DNA of 64,000 nt from the NCBI RefSeq assembly GCF_009914755.1, contig NC_060937.1; one strand, written 5' to 3'. Source of the stretch: the human T2T-CHM13v2.0 reference genome, Homo sapiens. The translations under genes and the position numbers were made by a program. Below the pieces are notes generated by a model that was not told the origin of the DNA, did no database searches, and saw only the letters and a list, made by a program, of their open reading frames with translations. This document shows positions 50,014 through 63,210 of this stretch, piece after piece (position 1 is the first letter of the stretch; every line of letters begins with the position of its first letter).

Positions 50014-51898
50014 TCCTAAGCTAAGGGAGTAGGAGTGAAGATGGGATGAAGTGAGGAGATACTGAAGTATAATGAAGCTAATTCAAAAAGCCTTTGTAAA
50101 TTGTCTTGATGTGGAATGTGCCATAGTTCTAAGAATGCAGTCTAAGTAGTTTATCCTAGCACCTACGTGCCTTACACCTAGGTGTTACTCTAAAGGATTT
50201 ATAGAGTGAAAGAAGGAATGAGTACATGAATGAATGAAGAAACAAGAATAAGGAATGACCTCCAGTTTTTTGGCTTGGATCATTCAGTTAATGGTGATGA
50301 CAGCCCCTGCGATACAGGACTTTGGAAGAGGAGACAGTCTTGAGAAAAAAAATGGTGAATTATGGACTGAATTTGAGATGTTTAAGACAATGATTTAAAA
50401 GCACATATGGACCCAAATGTTCAATTGTTCAATGCTTCTACTGTTCAACATACCAAATGGGGTACAAATAAATTTAATGGAAATCCTCATTGAAAAGAGC
50501 CTTTGAAAATAATATTAGATATTTAAACGATATAACCAAGAATAAATTCAAGTTGTTTTTATAGTTAGAGAAATCTACATTTTTACGTTTATTAATTTTT
50601 CTAAGGAAACCACATTTTAAAATGCAATTTGTGGTCTTTGGGTGCTAAGAATTTTCTCTCATCACTCTTTGTTGTCTAACCTCACTATTTTGGCTCTGAA
50701 GTGAAGTTTAAAAACCTATTTTTGCCATTTAAGCACTAGAGACAGTGTGATTTCTCTCACCCACCGATGTGTTTACTTGTGACTTCTCTATGCTAATTCT
50801 TTCCCCAAAGTCATGTTGTCCCCAAGGACCCATATGCCATTGACCAATGGCCCCTAAAATCAGAGTGGAGACATTTGTCACAAGCACTCTTTTTGCCCAC
50901 ACTAAGGGGGTGCCACTCAATGGCCTTGTTGAATAGTTTCTACATCACTGGTAAAGCACAAGAAATCTACAGATTCTAGTGACATTGAGGTCACTGCCAC
51001 TGCCCTGTTCATATCCTTGTCACTTCCACTGTGGTCATAATGCTGTTCTTTACACATGCCTTTGCCATAAAGTGAATATAGCTCTTTCTAAGCCTCTTTT
51101 TTACTCCAAAAGCCACCCTGCTCTTTCAATTTATAAAGCATTACCTAAAACCATTTAGAGAAGCTTCTGTAGAGGCTGGGTCAGAGTGAACTTGCAAAAT
51201 GATGCATACCATATCCAGAAAAGAACTCATGAATCTTGAGTCTTCATTATCTCAGAGTGGGTTCCTTGCAGGCTGAGCGCCTGCTGTTGGGTGGAATTTA
51301 CCTCTCCTTTCTGTTCAATGGTGTTAATCTCAGTGGCTTTTATGTGGCCAGAGATCTCAGCGATCATCAGTTCCTCCTTACTACACTTTCTAGAAACTTT
51401 TGGAGTCTGTTTTTCTTCTGTAGACATAGCCCATGCAGCTTGTGTAACAGTTAAATTTATTCCACATACATGTCTTTCAGAACAAACAAATGAGCAGATC
51501 CAAGCAAACTCTATCCTGGCCCCTAGCTGCTGAACCAATTGTTTATCCATATGGTGACAGAGCAGAGGAAGTAGCTTGCTGGGAAAGTCTGAGGATTCTG
51601 CCAGGAGGCTGTAGGCATTTGGGCTATCGCCTAGACAATCAGAACTACTATGTCTGCCCAAGCTGTATGGTCACTGTTGGGTTTCTCTAGGGAAGAATCC
51701 AGGGACAAAAAGTTTTAAAGTTGTAATGCAAACAGGACATAGGAGAGACTGGTGATATCTCAGCCTGGTGAAGGTGGACATCCAGTATATCCCCCATACC
51801 TGTACTTTCCTATGTAACTTCCCAATTAATTATATTTTATTCTTCCATTTGTATTGGCTAGAATTTTATTCATGAGCTATCTACATCCACTGACTCTT

Positions 51899-52320
51899 TA
51901 TTACACTTTAAGTTCTAGGATACATGTGCACAACGTGCAGGTTTGTTACATATGTATACATGTGCCATGTTGGTGTGCTGCACCCATTAACTCATCATTT
52001 ACATTAGGTATTTCTCCTAATGCTATCCCTCCCCCCTCCCCCCACCCCACGACAGGCCCTGGTGTGTGATGTTCCCCACTCTGTGTCCGAGTGTTCTCAT
52101 TGTTCAATCCCCACCTATGTGTGAGAAAATGCAATATTTGGTTTTCTGTCCTTGCGATAGTTTGCTCAGAATTATGGTTTCCAGCTTCATCCATGTCCCT
52201 ACAAATGACATGAACTCATCCTTTTTTGTGGATGCATAGTATTCCATGGTGTATATGTGCCACATTTTCTTAATCCAGTCTATCATTAATGGGCATTTGG
52301 GTTGGTTTCAGGTCTTTGCT
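51899..52320 (-). mobile_element. 5'-truncated L1PA (L1PA5-like) 3' end
   Basis: L1 3' UTR and ORF2 C-terminus. Perfect 14-bp TSD atccactgactctt at 51885-51898 and 52321-52334; TT/AAGA endonuclease site. Confidence 0.93.
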
Positions 52321-54389
52321 ATCCACTGACTCTTAAACCCAACAGAATTAGCTATTTAAAACATAGCCATGGGGTCATTATGCATCTTGTTTTCCATTGT
52401 CTGTATTATGTAACTTTAGGACACTAAATGCCACCTAGAAGAACCTTCATAAACACATTTGAAAGGGAGTAGTGATCAGACTGCATTCTTTCATTATGGC
52501 GTAAAATTATTCTTGGTCAGACTTTTAAATCCTAAATCTATCGTGTGATTTCTGTGGTCAGGAGATTTAACAATCTTGCTTTTCAAAAATATTGAGGCAT
52601 CAGGAAGAAGGCCCTGAAACTCATGCAGATGTCAGCACCTTTATTTATAAGAACTCACACTGCCGTCATGGAAAACATGCTAATGCCAGAAAGAGGGAGG
52701 AAGAGATTAAAGGAGCTGGGAACAACAAGTTGGAGCTGGATTTCTTGGTGGTAGTGTGTGCATGCACACATAGAAGGATGTCAAAAGCATTTTTCAAGTT
52801 TTTAAAAAATCTAGCAAAAGAACATTTTATCCATTTGTCAGGACTGAGAGCTCTGCTGCCTCAATTGCATTAGCTTTTTGTTCATTTTTAAGTGACTGAA
52901 ATGATGAAAACAAGTTCCTTGTGAAGTCTCGCCAAGAAGCATCAGGGAAAACAGTATCTGTTCATGTATTGGATCAGAGTTCACTTTCTGGTGGAGTATT
53001 TTCATGTCAAAACGAGTATCTCTGTGGTTATGAAGTCTTCTTTTTGTCAGCTATTCAACTGCTACCAAGGACTGCAGGTTTATTTTTTTCTGTTTTTCTT
53101 TTTCATTTTAAAATTTCTTTCATTGAAAGAAAGTAAACAAAAGAAGTCATTGGTTTAACAGAAATCCTAACACGATACTGAGAAAAAGATGTTTTTTGTG
53201 ATCATATGATTGAAGTTCTTCCTATGAAGGATTAATCTGGTTCCGGGAATAATTCTGGGTTTTTATATTCATTTTTGTGATGTTTAAAGAGGCTTTGGTA
53301 TAACATTGCACCTCAAGAGGTCTGTAAAGTTGTTAAAATATTAAGAAATACATAATTGTTAAAAGACTAGTTCTTAAATGAAATCCCTCCTGGAATATGC
53401 AAATCTTTTAAGGCTGCAAGGCAACAGTGATGCATTGAGGACTGATGCAGCTCAGTTCATTTAGAACACACCATATACATCTTTATTATGGGAATTTAGT
53501 AAAGAAATCTTACAATAATAGAAAATATTTGGCTTTATACTGCAAATAAAGTGATTTTTATCCAATTTGTTAAGATCTTTCAGAGATTCAATATCCTGCT
53601 CAGCCTTAATTTGATACTATAGTAAATATGTGATTTGAAAAAAAAAAAATCTATGAAGTTTAGTTGAGTGTAATGTGATCTCTCATTTTGCATTGGACTC
53701 TTTGTTACTCACTGGATTCATTTGATGTCATTAAGGAACACAATCCAAATTCCAACTCTGAGCTAATGTGGTATGGATAGTCTTTGTAGTGAATGTTGAT
53801 AAAATGAGATTTGTCTGCATTCTGAATCCCCAAATGCAAAAAGAGGAACCTGCTGTGGTATATGCAGCAGGAACATTTCAGTCAAACACACAATCAATTA
53901 GTGTGGACTTTGACTCCAAATTCCAATGAAATCCGGAACTTGCTGCACTTGACTGGACCATATGTTAACCTTTGAACTTCTATCTAGAAGCCCCTAGCTT
54001 TGAACCTAGATTTTGAGCTAATCCAAGCAGCCTGCTTTATTGCTTTTGCCTGAGAACCACCCAGTTTTAACTGGTATTTTAAAAACTCCACCTGTGTCTT
54101 TGGCTTATCTTAAAATATTTTTTCCTGAGAAGTGTGTTCCACTGGAATAGAACAGAGATGGTGAAGAGCTAGGTATGATGCAGAAACACTGAGCAATCTC
54201 TAGAGTTTAGAGACTATAGCCACAAGCCTCTCAATCTAAGACAAGATAATCAAACTGAACTTTGAGCATTGATGAGCACTGGGTTGACTTTTGGTAGGCC
54301 GAGGCTGGGGCAGGGAATTCAATGTACATTGAGTTGGTCAAGGCTTCCTTTCTCTCCCTTGGCCCCTTGGACTCTGCTCGCTTCCTCTG

Positions 54390-54560
54390 AATCTACATGG
54401 GAGCCAAGATTGTATCCTGTAATATGACATGATGAGATTTGCATTTCAGAAAAAGGACCTAGATGTTTTCTGAGTGACAAATTAGAAGGGGAAAAGACTG
54501 GAGCCAGTGCAATCAAGGCCATTAAAATATTCCAGGTGAGAGACCCAAAAATAACAACAC
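54390..54560 (-). mobile_element. L2 fragment
   Basis: 'gacatgatgagatttgcatttcagaaa...aatattccaggtgagagac'. Confidence 0.5.
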
Positions 54561-56051
54561 AAGGCAAGAGAAGCAGATAAAAGAAGAGTTAACAAAAAAC
54601 GACTCTCAAAACATGGCAGAAGATCTTCAAACACGGGGAGAAGGGCTTTTATTTTCTGACCTTATCAAATGGCATAGAAGAAAAGTGCATAGGAATGCAG
54701 CAAACCAAATATCTAATGTTAAAAATATTTCAAAGTACAGCAAAACATGGTAATAAGATGTAGAATAATCCAAAATATAAGGAGTTTGCTGATGCCTCTT
54801 TATACTTTCCCTAAAAACTCAACTACGACAAGTATTGATTTTATATTTCATAGCAATAACTCTTCCCTTTGCACATATTTTGATAAAGTCCCTCCTGTAA
54901 CATACTATGTCTAAATTATTCATTAGGTTGCTTTGCTTCTGCCTGTAGCATTTGCTCTTCCGTGGTGGTTTCTACCATCTGAGATGGTGGTTCCCTAGCA
55001 TATAAAAGCAAGAGATCGTTATCATCATTCCTCAGGCTTCATTATTATTTCACAGGATGGACTGCCAAAGACAAAGTATAAATATCCCTTTCTTACTGTT
55101 TATTACCAGTCACATTTTTTCTCATATTCAATTTTTCTTCTTCCCTTCCAAGAAATCTAAATAGGAGTAGGAATTGATTTTGGAAAAATGTTCCTTAAAT
55201 GGTAAGAAATAGAAAACTATTCCCTGAAATATGACATCTAAATCTTCATTTGATGTTTTTTAGATAAAACAAAGATTTATGCCTTGTCTTTAGGGGAACA
55301 TGACAGGAAATGAGTATTTTTTGTTTGGCAGGAAAAAAAATTCACCATCTTTCAGTGCCTAGAATGAATAAAACATCTAAGATTTCTGGCTTTGCAAGAC
55401 CTTTTACAGTTTAGCAGAATCAAGAGAGGAAAACTTCACCTGCAATTTTTGATACTCAACCTGACAGGACATGGGCTGCAACTCGCAAAAAAACAAAAAA
55501 TCTAATTGAAAGATTTATCTTCTGGAAGAAATCCATGCAGATATAGTGGTTAGATAAAGCAGGATGGAATAGCACACAGTTGAAACTAGTTCTTATATTT
55601 TTCATGTAATGGCATTCTTTTGTTCCTTGTATTAAATATTCTAAATAGTCAGTTTCACTCTCTTTATTAATTGATGGAATTAAAGCAGGCTAGATTTTTT
55701 TGTGCCCACATGTCATTTCTGATTGGCCTACTTTGAAAGCTTACTGGGGCATGAAAAAAAAAATCATCACACACACAATGCTTTCTTTCTGGGCAGTCTA
55801 AGGAACACAAGACTGGAAACAGAAAATGGGAATGTATTCTGAAAATCACATTAGCAAATTATCATTTTCAGAAGTAAAAGCCCAGTTAGACCCAGTGTTT
55901 AGACTCAGTATCTCCTGTTTAACCTCATATAGAAAGCACATCATATTGAAGCCCTCTGTGGTCATAGAGAACGTTGCTGATGGTGTGATTTTTCCTATAG
56001 GCAAGCCTGAAAGAAAAGCCTGATTTTTGTGATTCAGCCTTTGCCTTCAGA

Positions 56052-56216
56052 CAGGGCAAGCTTCATGGAGTAGTCTCTCATGGCCCAGCAGCTAGAAGGG
56101 CACTTTTCCTGGTTTAATGCTCTGCTGTTGCTGAGTATTAAAATTCTTAGTAATTTTTGAACAAGTCCTGCATTTTTATTTTGCACTGGGCCCCTTGAAT
56201 TATGTAGCCAGTCCTG
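56052..56216 (+). mobile_element. MER91A-like DNA transposon MITE
   Basis: CAGGGC...'tggtttaatgctctgctgttg...taatttttgaacaag...ttttgcactgggcccc...tatgtagccagtCCTG'. Confidence 0.8.
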
Positions 56217-57364
56217 CCTGCTGGATCTATGATTTTGCAGCTTAGTCCTTTTGCTTCATAATGGCACGACATCTTTTAGTTTTTCCCTTTTTAATTGCAC
56301 AGTATCAGTTTTTGGGCTGATTTATTTGTACATATGAACTTGAACCACTCATGGCTTCTGGATACCAGGGTGTTGTTTTTCTTCTATTTTTTGATTGGAA
56401 ATAGCTTCCCCTCCCCTCAACATACACACAGTTTAATAACATGGCATATTAGCTGTAGGTAATGATGTGAAATAGAATTCTAAAGCTGACTTCTATTATA
56501 AATACTGAATACATTCCTGTGGCTTCAGTCCTCTGATTAAGATAGAGTCTCTGTGCATGTTTCGTATATTCACTTGCTTTTTACCTGATGATCTCTCAAT
56601 GCTTACTTGCTTCAACTTTTAGGCTGTGTCTCAATGAGCTAGTTCTATCAAAACTGTGCCTCAGAAAAGACTTAAAGAGTGAAGCCAGATGTTCAGAGAC
56701 ATTATGATTAACTTCTTTTTCCTTTTAAACCACTTTTCAATTTTAAAATGCTTTCTGTGGAACAGACTTAATTCTTTGCCCAGTAATGCATCATTTGAAA
56801 CAAGATGAACTGAATTAAAATCTAGTAATTGTCTCTTGTATATCTATTCAGGGACTTCCTGTTGCTGAAATGGTTAATGCTTTGGATTTTTTTTACATTA
56901 CAAGGTTTCTGCTAATTAGATATGGTTAATTTACCCATATATTGGTTTTTTAGAAACTGAAATAGCCTTTTACATTTTGACATTGATTTAAATCAGCTTC
57001 TGAAACTCCATAAAAATACCTGTTGGGATTCTGATTAGGAGTACATGAAATATATAGATGAATTTGTGGATAAATGATCCTTCTACCCTAGCGAGTTATC
57101 TAATTCATGAACACAGTATACTATGTTTCTTGGTTTCACCTCTTTTATACTATTGTTAGATACAACCCTAGATATTTAAAATTTTAATATTATGGTAAAT
57201 AACATTGCATTGATTTAAACTTTTATTTTCTAATTATTTGTTGGTATTTTATAAAAGTACAACATATTTTTGTACATTGACTTAGTATCCGTTCACTTTG
57301 ATAAGTTCACTTATAGACTAATATTTGTCTTTTGGATTTTCTATGTCCATTCTCATGTCTTCTA

Positions 57365-57757
57365 AAATAGAGCCCCCTTATCTGTGGAAAATACATTCTT
57401 AGACTTCTGGGGAAGCCTGAAACTGCAGATAGTACCAATCCCTATTTATACTATGTTTTTTCCTCTATCTGTATACCTATGCTAGAGTTTAAATTGTAAA
57501 GTAGGCACAGTAAGTGATTAACAACACTGGCTGATAATAAAATAGAACAATTATAACAGTATACTGTAATAAAAGTCAATGAGCTTTCTCTCTCTCTCAA
57601 AATATCTTATTGTATTATACTCACCTATTAGGTTGGTGCAAAAATAATTTTGACATTAAATGTAATGGCAAAAACCACAATTTTGCACCAACCTAACAGT
57701 CAACTATGGGTAACTGAAACATTGGAAAGCAAAACCACAGAGCAAAAGGGAATGTTG
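57365..57757 (-). mobile_element. MER44A-like (Tigger7-derived) MITE
   Basis: 'cccccttatctgtgg...gcctgaaactgcagatagtacc...aatagaacaattataacagtatactgtaataaaag...gggtaactgaaac'. Confidence 0.8.
57628..57696. mobile_element. MADE1 (Hsmar1 mariner MITE)
   Basis: Perfect 16-bp terminal inverted repeats TTAGGTTGGTGCAAAA / TTTTGCACCAACCTAA, inserted after TA (57626-57627). Confidence 0.92.
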
Positions 57758-58619
57758 TATATTCTATTTTATTTTTCTTCACTTAATTGCATTGACAGGA
57801 CTTCCAGGACAATGTTAGATGGAAATTGTGAGGGGGCTAGCCTTACCTCCTCAGATATCCATATTTTGGAAGAAAATTTTCTGATATTTTATCAACTATA
57901 CTATAAGTTTTCTTTGAACATATTCTTTATTACATTAAATTTTTTTAAATATTTTGTTTTGATAAGGGAGCTTGTTCCTGTTTTGTTTTGTTTCAATCAT
58001 AAATACATGGTTCCTTTTCTGTTTTTGCATTATTACAGTGGTTGCATGCTTAATTCTGTTAATGTAGTTAATTACACTGATTCAGAATGCAATCAACTTG
58101 CATTTTGATTTAAACTCAATTTTGTGGGGATGTGTTAGCTCTTTTCCATATTGTTGGGTTCGATTTGCTACTATTTTAATTCAAATGTTTGTGACTGTAT
58201 TCACAAGAGAGACTGATATATAATTTCCCTTTTTTATGTTTTTGTCAGGTGTCGGTGGCAAAATTATAATAGCTTCTTAATAAGTTGAGAAATATTCCCC
58301 CTTTTCTAGACTCTAAAATAGTTTGTGCAGAATTGAAATTCTTTCTTCTTAAATTTTTTAGATAGATTCTCTTTTGAAGCACCTGGGCCGCCAAGAGTTT
58401 TCTTTGAAGAAAGGTTTTAAATTTTTAATTCAGTCTCTTTCACAGATAATGGCATCATTCAGATTTTCTATTTTTTTGTATCAATTTGGTAAGTTGTTTT
58501 TTAAAAGAAATTTATCTAATTATAAAATTAATTGATATAAAGTTGTTCATAACCTCTTACTATATTTTAATGTGTGTAATACTGTTTTCTTTTTATTCCT
58601 GATATTAATAATTTGTCCT

Positions 58620-58910
58620 GTCCAGGCGTGGTAGCTCAGGCCTGTAATCCCAGCACTTTGGGAGGCCAAGGCAAGCCAATCACTTGAGGCCAAGAGTTTG
58701 AGACCAGCTTGGCCAACATGGAGAAACCCTGTCTCTACTGAAAAATAAAAAAATTAGCTGGGTGTGATGGCATACGCCTCTAATCACCCCTACTCAGGAG
58801 GCTGAGGCATGAGAATTGCTTGAGCTTGGGAGGTGGAGGTTGCAGTGAACCAAGATTGTACCACTGCACTCCAGCCTGGGCAACAGAGTGAGCCTCTATC
58901 TCAAAAAAAA
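58620..58910 (+). mobile_element. Old Alu (AluSz/Jb-like)
   Basis: Full dimer, CpG-depleted, 'cacttgaggccaagagtttgagaccagc'. Partial flanking repeat tattaataat. Confidence 0.88.
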
Positions 58911-61900
58911 ATTATTAATAATAACTCGTTTCTAATATTTTTCTTCTTACCATTTTCTTGATCAGTACTGCAGGGGAATTATAAATTATATTAATGTTTT
59001 CAAAAAACAACTTTTGGCTTTTTCTCTTTCCCAGTTGAATATTTTTTATTTTTTCAAGTACTGCTCTTTTTTTTTTTTTTTTTTTAAAAAGGCTATTTCC
59101 TTTCTTCCTCCTATTTGTGCTTAATTTGTTCTTTTTTTCCAGATTGCTGAATTGGATGCTTAGATCATTGGTTATTATCTTTTCCCTGCTCTTCTAGTAC
59201 ATGTATTTAAGGCTTTAACAATTCTCCTCTAAGCACGACTTTTTCTACATTGCACAAATGCCTTTCAGTTACAAATATTTTCTAATTTCCTCAATTAAAA
59301 CTTTTATTTTATCTCTGCAGTGCAAGGAGAATACTACAAACCCTATGCCACTGTTTTCTGTTTTGCTTCTGTGTTCTGTGCCAGAAACCAGCCTATTCCT
59401 CAAAGGCTCATAGGGCTTACCTCAAAGTATCTCCCTCTTCTCTAGAATATTGGCTCATTCCATAAGGATTCAGGATCTTGAATCCTTAAGTCCTGGCTGC
59501 ATTGGTTTCTTTCTGTAACCATGAAATAACTATTTATTTTATTTTATTTAGAGCAGATTTTACAGCTGTTGAAGCAGGAGTTCCTCTCCAATGTGTTAAA
59601 ATTTTACCAGTAAGATCTGTTTCACCTCTGCTTATGTTACAGTACATATTTGTTCAACTCATTATTATCTAGAGAATGGCAATCTAGAAATAGCAAGATT
59701 ATTTTTGAAAATGTTTCGATTAAAAATTAGATTAGTTGTACTATTTTCCCTTTTCACATTGTGTACATGTGTGTATTCCTTTAATATCTGGTCTTATCAC
59801 TTACAAAATTGTAACTTTTTTGAAGGATTGCCATGGCAAAAACTGTGTTTTGGAGAGGTCTCAACCACTAATCATTTTGGGATTTCATCAAACCTGTGTA
59901 TTCCTTTTTTGGTATATCAATATGTGAATTGCTGTGTAAGGGATGACCGTTGAGAACTCCAACTAAGGAGGTTAAAACTTCAGAAAATGTTATCTGCTTC
60001 ATAGCTGTAGGTCAGCACCTTTAAAATGTTTTTATTTGTTACATTGCAAATTTTTTCTTCCTACTGAAAACATTTCAGACTGCTGTTGGTTGGTTGGTTG
60101 GTTCTATGCATTATCTTTGCATAGAATGAATAATCCTTATAAATGTTCAGTACTTTAATGTTACTTTTGGGAATGTCTCAATCATAAAACAGGTCATTTA
60201 TCCATCATGTACAAATGAGTGAATTATGATGTGGTCACTTGGATCTAGGGTCCATTTGTGATTATTTCCTTTATTCATTAATTCATTAACCAGGAGACAA
60301 GACTTTTGCTGCCAATGTTTTATGCTCTTTCTAAGAAACAGCAAGCTCATATTTTCTCTTCTGTGCTGGCTTGATATAACTTCTGTCTCTTCAATTACAT
60401 CAAATGACTCTTTGTTTATTAAGTTTTGCAGCCTATTTTCTCCCTGAAAGACCCTGGATTCAGGATAGCAACCTTCTGAGTGCCTTCTAAGCCATGTTTT
60501 TGTCCAAGTGGGTTCAGGTTATATGTACTGAATATCGAGGACAGTCTCGAAAGAGAAAGGCCACAAAAAATAATATCATGCTGTCTGAAGAGTGGAAGGG
60601 GAAGAGCCAGGTATCTTGTCAGTTTGTCTCGGGCCTGAAAAAGGACTTATGTTCTGGTTATGTATGTTAGGCCTAGAGAGTGATGAGACTTATTCAAGAG
60701 GTCACTCAAGAAAATCATATTTTTCTTGCCACACCAAATAGCTTTAGGTCCTTCTTAGGAACTGACATCAGCAGCAATTTCTTCTCCTTCGTTCTGAAAG
60801 ACTGACTCCCTGGGCTAGCTATGATGCTCCCCATCATTTTCCACCCAACTGGAGCTATGAATGGAGGATCACTGTGGGAACAAGGTGCATGCAGGTATGA
60901 TTAGGTATGGCTGGACAGAGAAGGCTTAGGAACTGAGGATACGCATGGCATAGAGAAGCTTCCATGGCATAACTTTGACAATTATAGCATTTTGTTCTCT
61001 AAAATTATTATTGTTCTCCTATTGAAACAGGTCCAAAAGAGAGTTCATTAATTTCTCCAAAAGCTTTTGCACTCTTGTCACTATCCAAACCAAAAACAAA
61101 ACTGGTGATCGCGCTGTAGAGCAACTGGGGAAAATTGATTGTCAGGATGAAGACAGGGGAGAAAACGTTATGAGAAAAACACAGGTTGCCTTGCTGGGAC
61201 TGTTTTTGGAAGAAAAATTGTTTTGGAAGGTTATTGTCAGTGATGACAGTGTGAAGGATGAATCAGAGGAGCCAGCGAACAATTGTATCTGACCAGGATG
61301 TGGCTAAAATAATAAAGGAAAGCCAGGGATGCTGCATTTTATTAATATTACCTCTATTGCTTTCCAACATTTTTAAAGGCTGGGATACTTATGTATGAAG
61401 TAAAGCCTAAATAGTTTGGATTTTTATGGAAAAACATAAACATGCATTTAGCAAATGCATGGTGCCTCTAGTGCGGTTGCAGTTTATCAAGTATCTGTTT
61501 ACTTCTATAGTTCCCTACAAAATAACTAATGAAGATGCTCGCTCCGAGTCCTTCTTCCTCTGCTCACACAAATGGTGACAAATTTCTTTATTATAAAATA
61601 AGATTATTAAACTAGACAATCTCTGAAGACCTGACAGCTTTGATAGTTGAGGCTCTGCTTTTGTGAAACCTGAGGTTTTGTGACTTCTCATGCAGTTTAA
61701 ATATCGAGTGACATTTTCACAGTACTCAGAGACAGCTCAGGTGACTTCTGGATCTTTTTGTTACTTCCAGCAATGATGGAAACTGCCAGATGCTTAACAT
61801 TAAACTTCATTTTTTCCAAGTGGATGCCAGTGCCTTACAGCTCGAGATCACAATTGCTTTTTGGAATATTGTGTGATAACTGATACCATAGCAGTGCCAG

Positions 61901-62874
61901 CCATTTCAAAAGAAATGTGACACTTGTTACTTGCCTCGAGAGGGCAATTCAGGGACAGGCAGGGTGGACCTTACTGGATTAAAATGAAGCTTACTGATGA
62001 AGCGTAACTCACAAAGCTTATGCCAACTGTTTTCTTTTGGCAGGTCACCAGTGCCACTTAGCTCTCAGTTTAGCAATTATAGGTGCTAATTGCTTTGAAG
62101 TTTATCAATCTACCTAAAGGCAAAAGCAATCATCTGCTTAGTTAGATTATTATTCACATCAAGATCATTAATGTGTCTTTGCCCATCAGAATAATGTGTA
62201 GTTTGGTAAAATGAAAAGAAACTTGTGTTAGGAGTTAAAGATCTGGGACCTAGAATTTCATCATTTATTTTCTGGGTGTCCTTGGAAGAAATTATTTGTT
62301 TTCTCTTGGCCGCTATCACACTTAAAATTTAGAATAATCCCTATGCAACTTTATTTATATTTTCTAAGATTATTGAAAGAATGCATTACTTACAGCTACA
62401 TGTAATAGGTTAATTAATATTTTAACAAATTAATAAATAAATATATTTTAAATTTTTTTTCACACAAAAAGCAAGTAAAAGAGCCAGAGGGAACACCTAG
62501 TTTTACCCTCTAGTTTTATAGGTAACTAAACTGAGACTCAAAGAATTTCATTAACTTAAGCAATGTTTTCACGTTAGTGGAAATAGAAATTCAATGTGCT
62601 TTCCATTAGGTCACATTTGTTCTATTTTGAAGATCAAAAGAGATAATAGATGAAATCTATAATATAGAAATGATAATATACTATACTGAGTATTTGAATA
62701 GCATATTAGCAAAGGAGAGTAGGTAATGGCATCTTTATTTTCCAAATAAAAAAACAAATACATAGGTCAATTGAAAGATTACTGGGGTCAGCTATCAAGG
62801 GTAATGGGTTGGGTTTTTGTTGTCTCTCCCTGATAATATACAGTTTGCTTTCAGTAGGGACGAAACTTACTAGT

Positions 62875-63210
62875 CACTAAGTGGCAGCATAGAATAATGA
62901 AAACAGCATAAGCTCTTGAGGCAAGCAAAGTTAGGTTGCAAACCTGGGCCCATCCCCTACTAGCTATATCACTTTGGGTAAACACTCAGTATCCCTGAAT
63001 ATGGCATTCCTCAGGAAAAAAAAACCAGACATATCTTATTAGTAATGATACTACTAAATATTTATGGAATGTTTATCATGTGATAGTTACTGCTTTAATA
63101 GTTTACTATTACTGTTTTAATAGTTTTAAATGTATTAACTCATTGAATCCCCAGAATAGAATTATTGTGAAAGCTATGTGAGAAGATAAAATATGTAAAG
63201 CACCTGTTAT
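62875..63210. mobile_element. MIR remnants in both orientations
   Basis: 'ggttgcaaacctgggc...tactagctatatcactttgggtaaacactc', 'tatttatggaatgtttatcatgtg...tgtattaactcattgaatcc', 'atgtaaagcacc'. Confidence 0.55.

Larger units (their letters stand above)
56880..59590 (-). mobile_element. Ancient L1 (L1ME/MD-type) ORF2 remnants with nested elements
   Basis: 'ctgttgggattctgattagg', 'ttgggttcgatttgctactattt', 'aaaaaacaacttttggcttt', 'cctctaagcacgact'. Confidence 0.6.

Noticed and set aside
53849-53916. Two short adjacent hairpins (cctgctg/cagcagg; agtcaaa...tttgact)
   Set aside because: The stems are short and bulged, within chance expectation, and match no ncRNA family I recognise.
57650-58108. 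152-aa ORF
   Set aside because: Non-ATG start, spans MADE1, MER44 and antisense L1 remnants, and has low-complexity hydrophobic composition.
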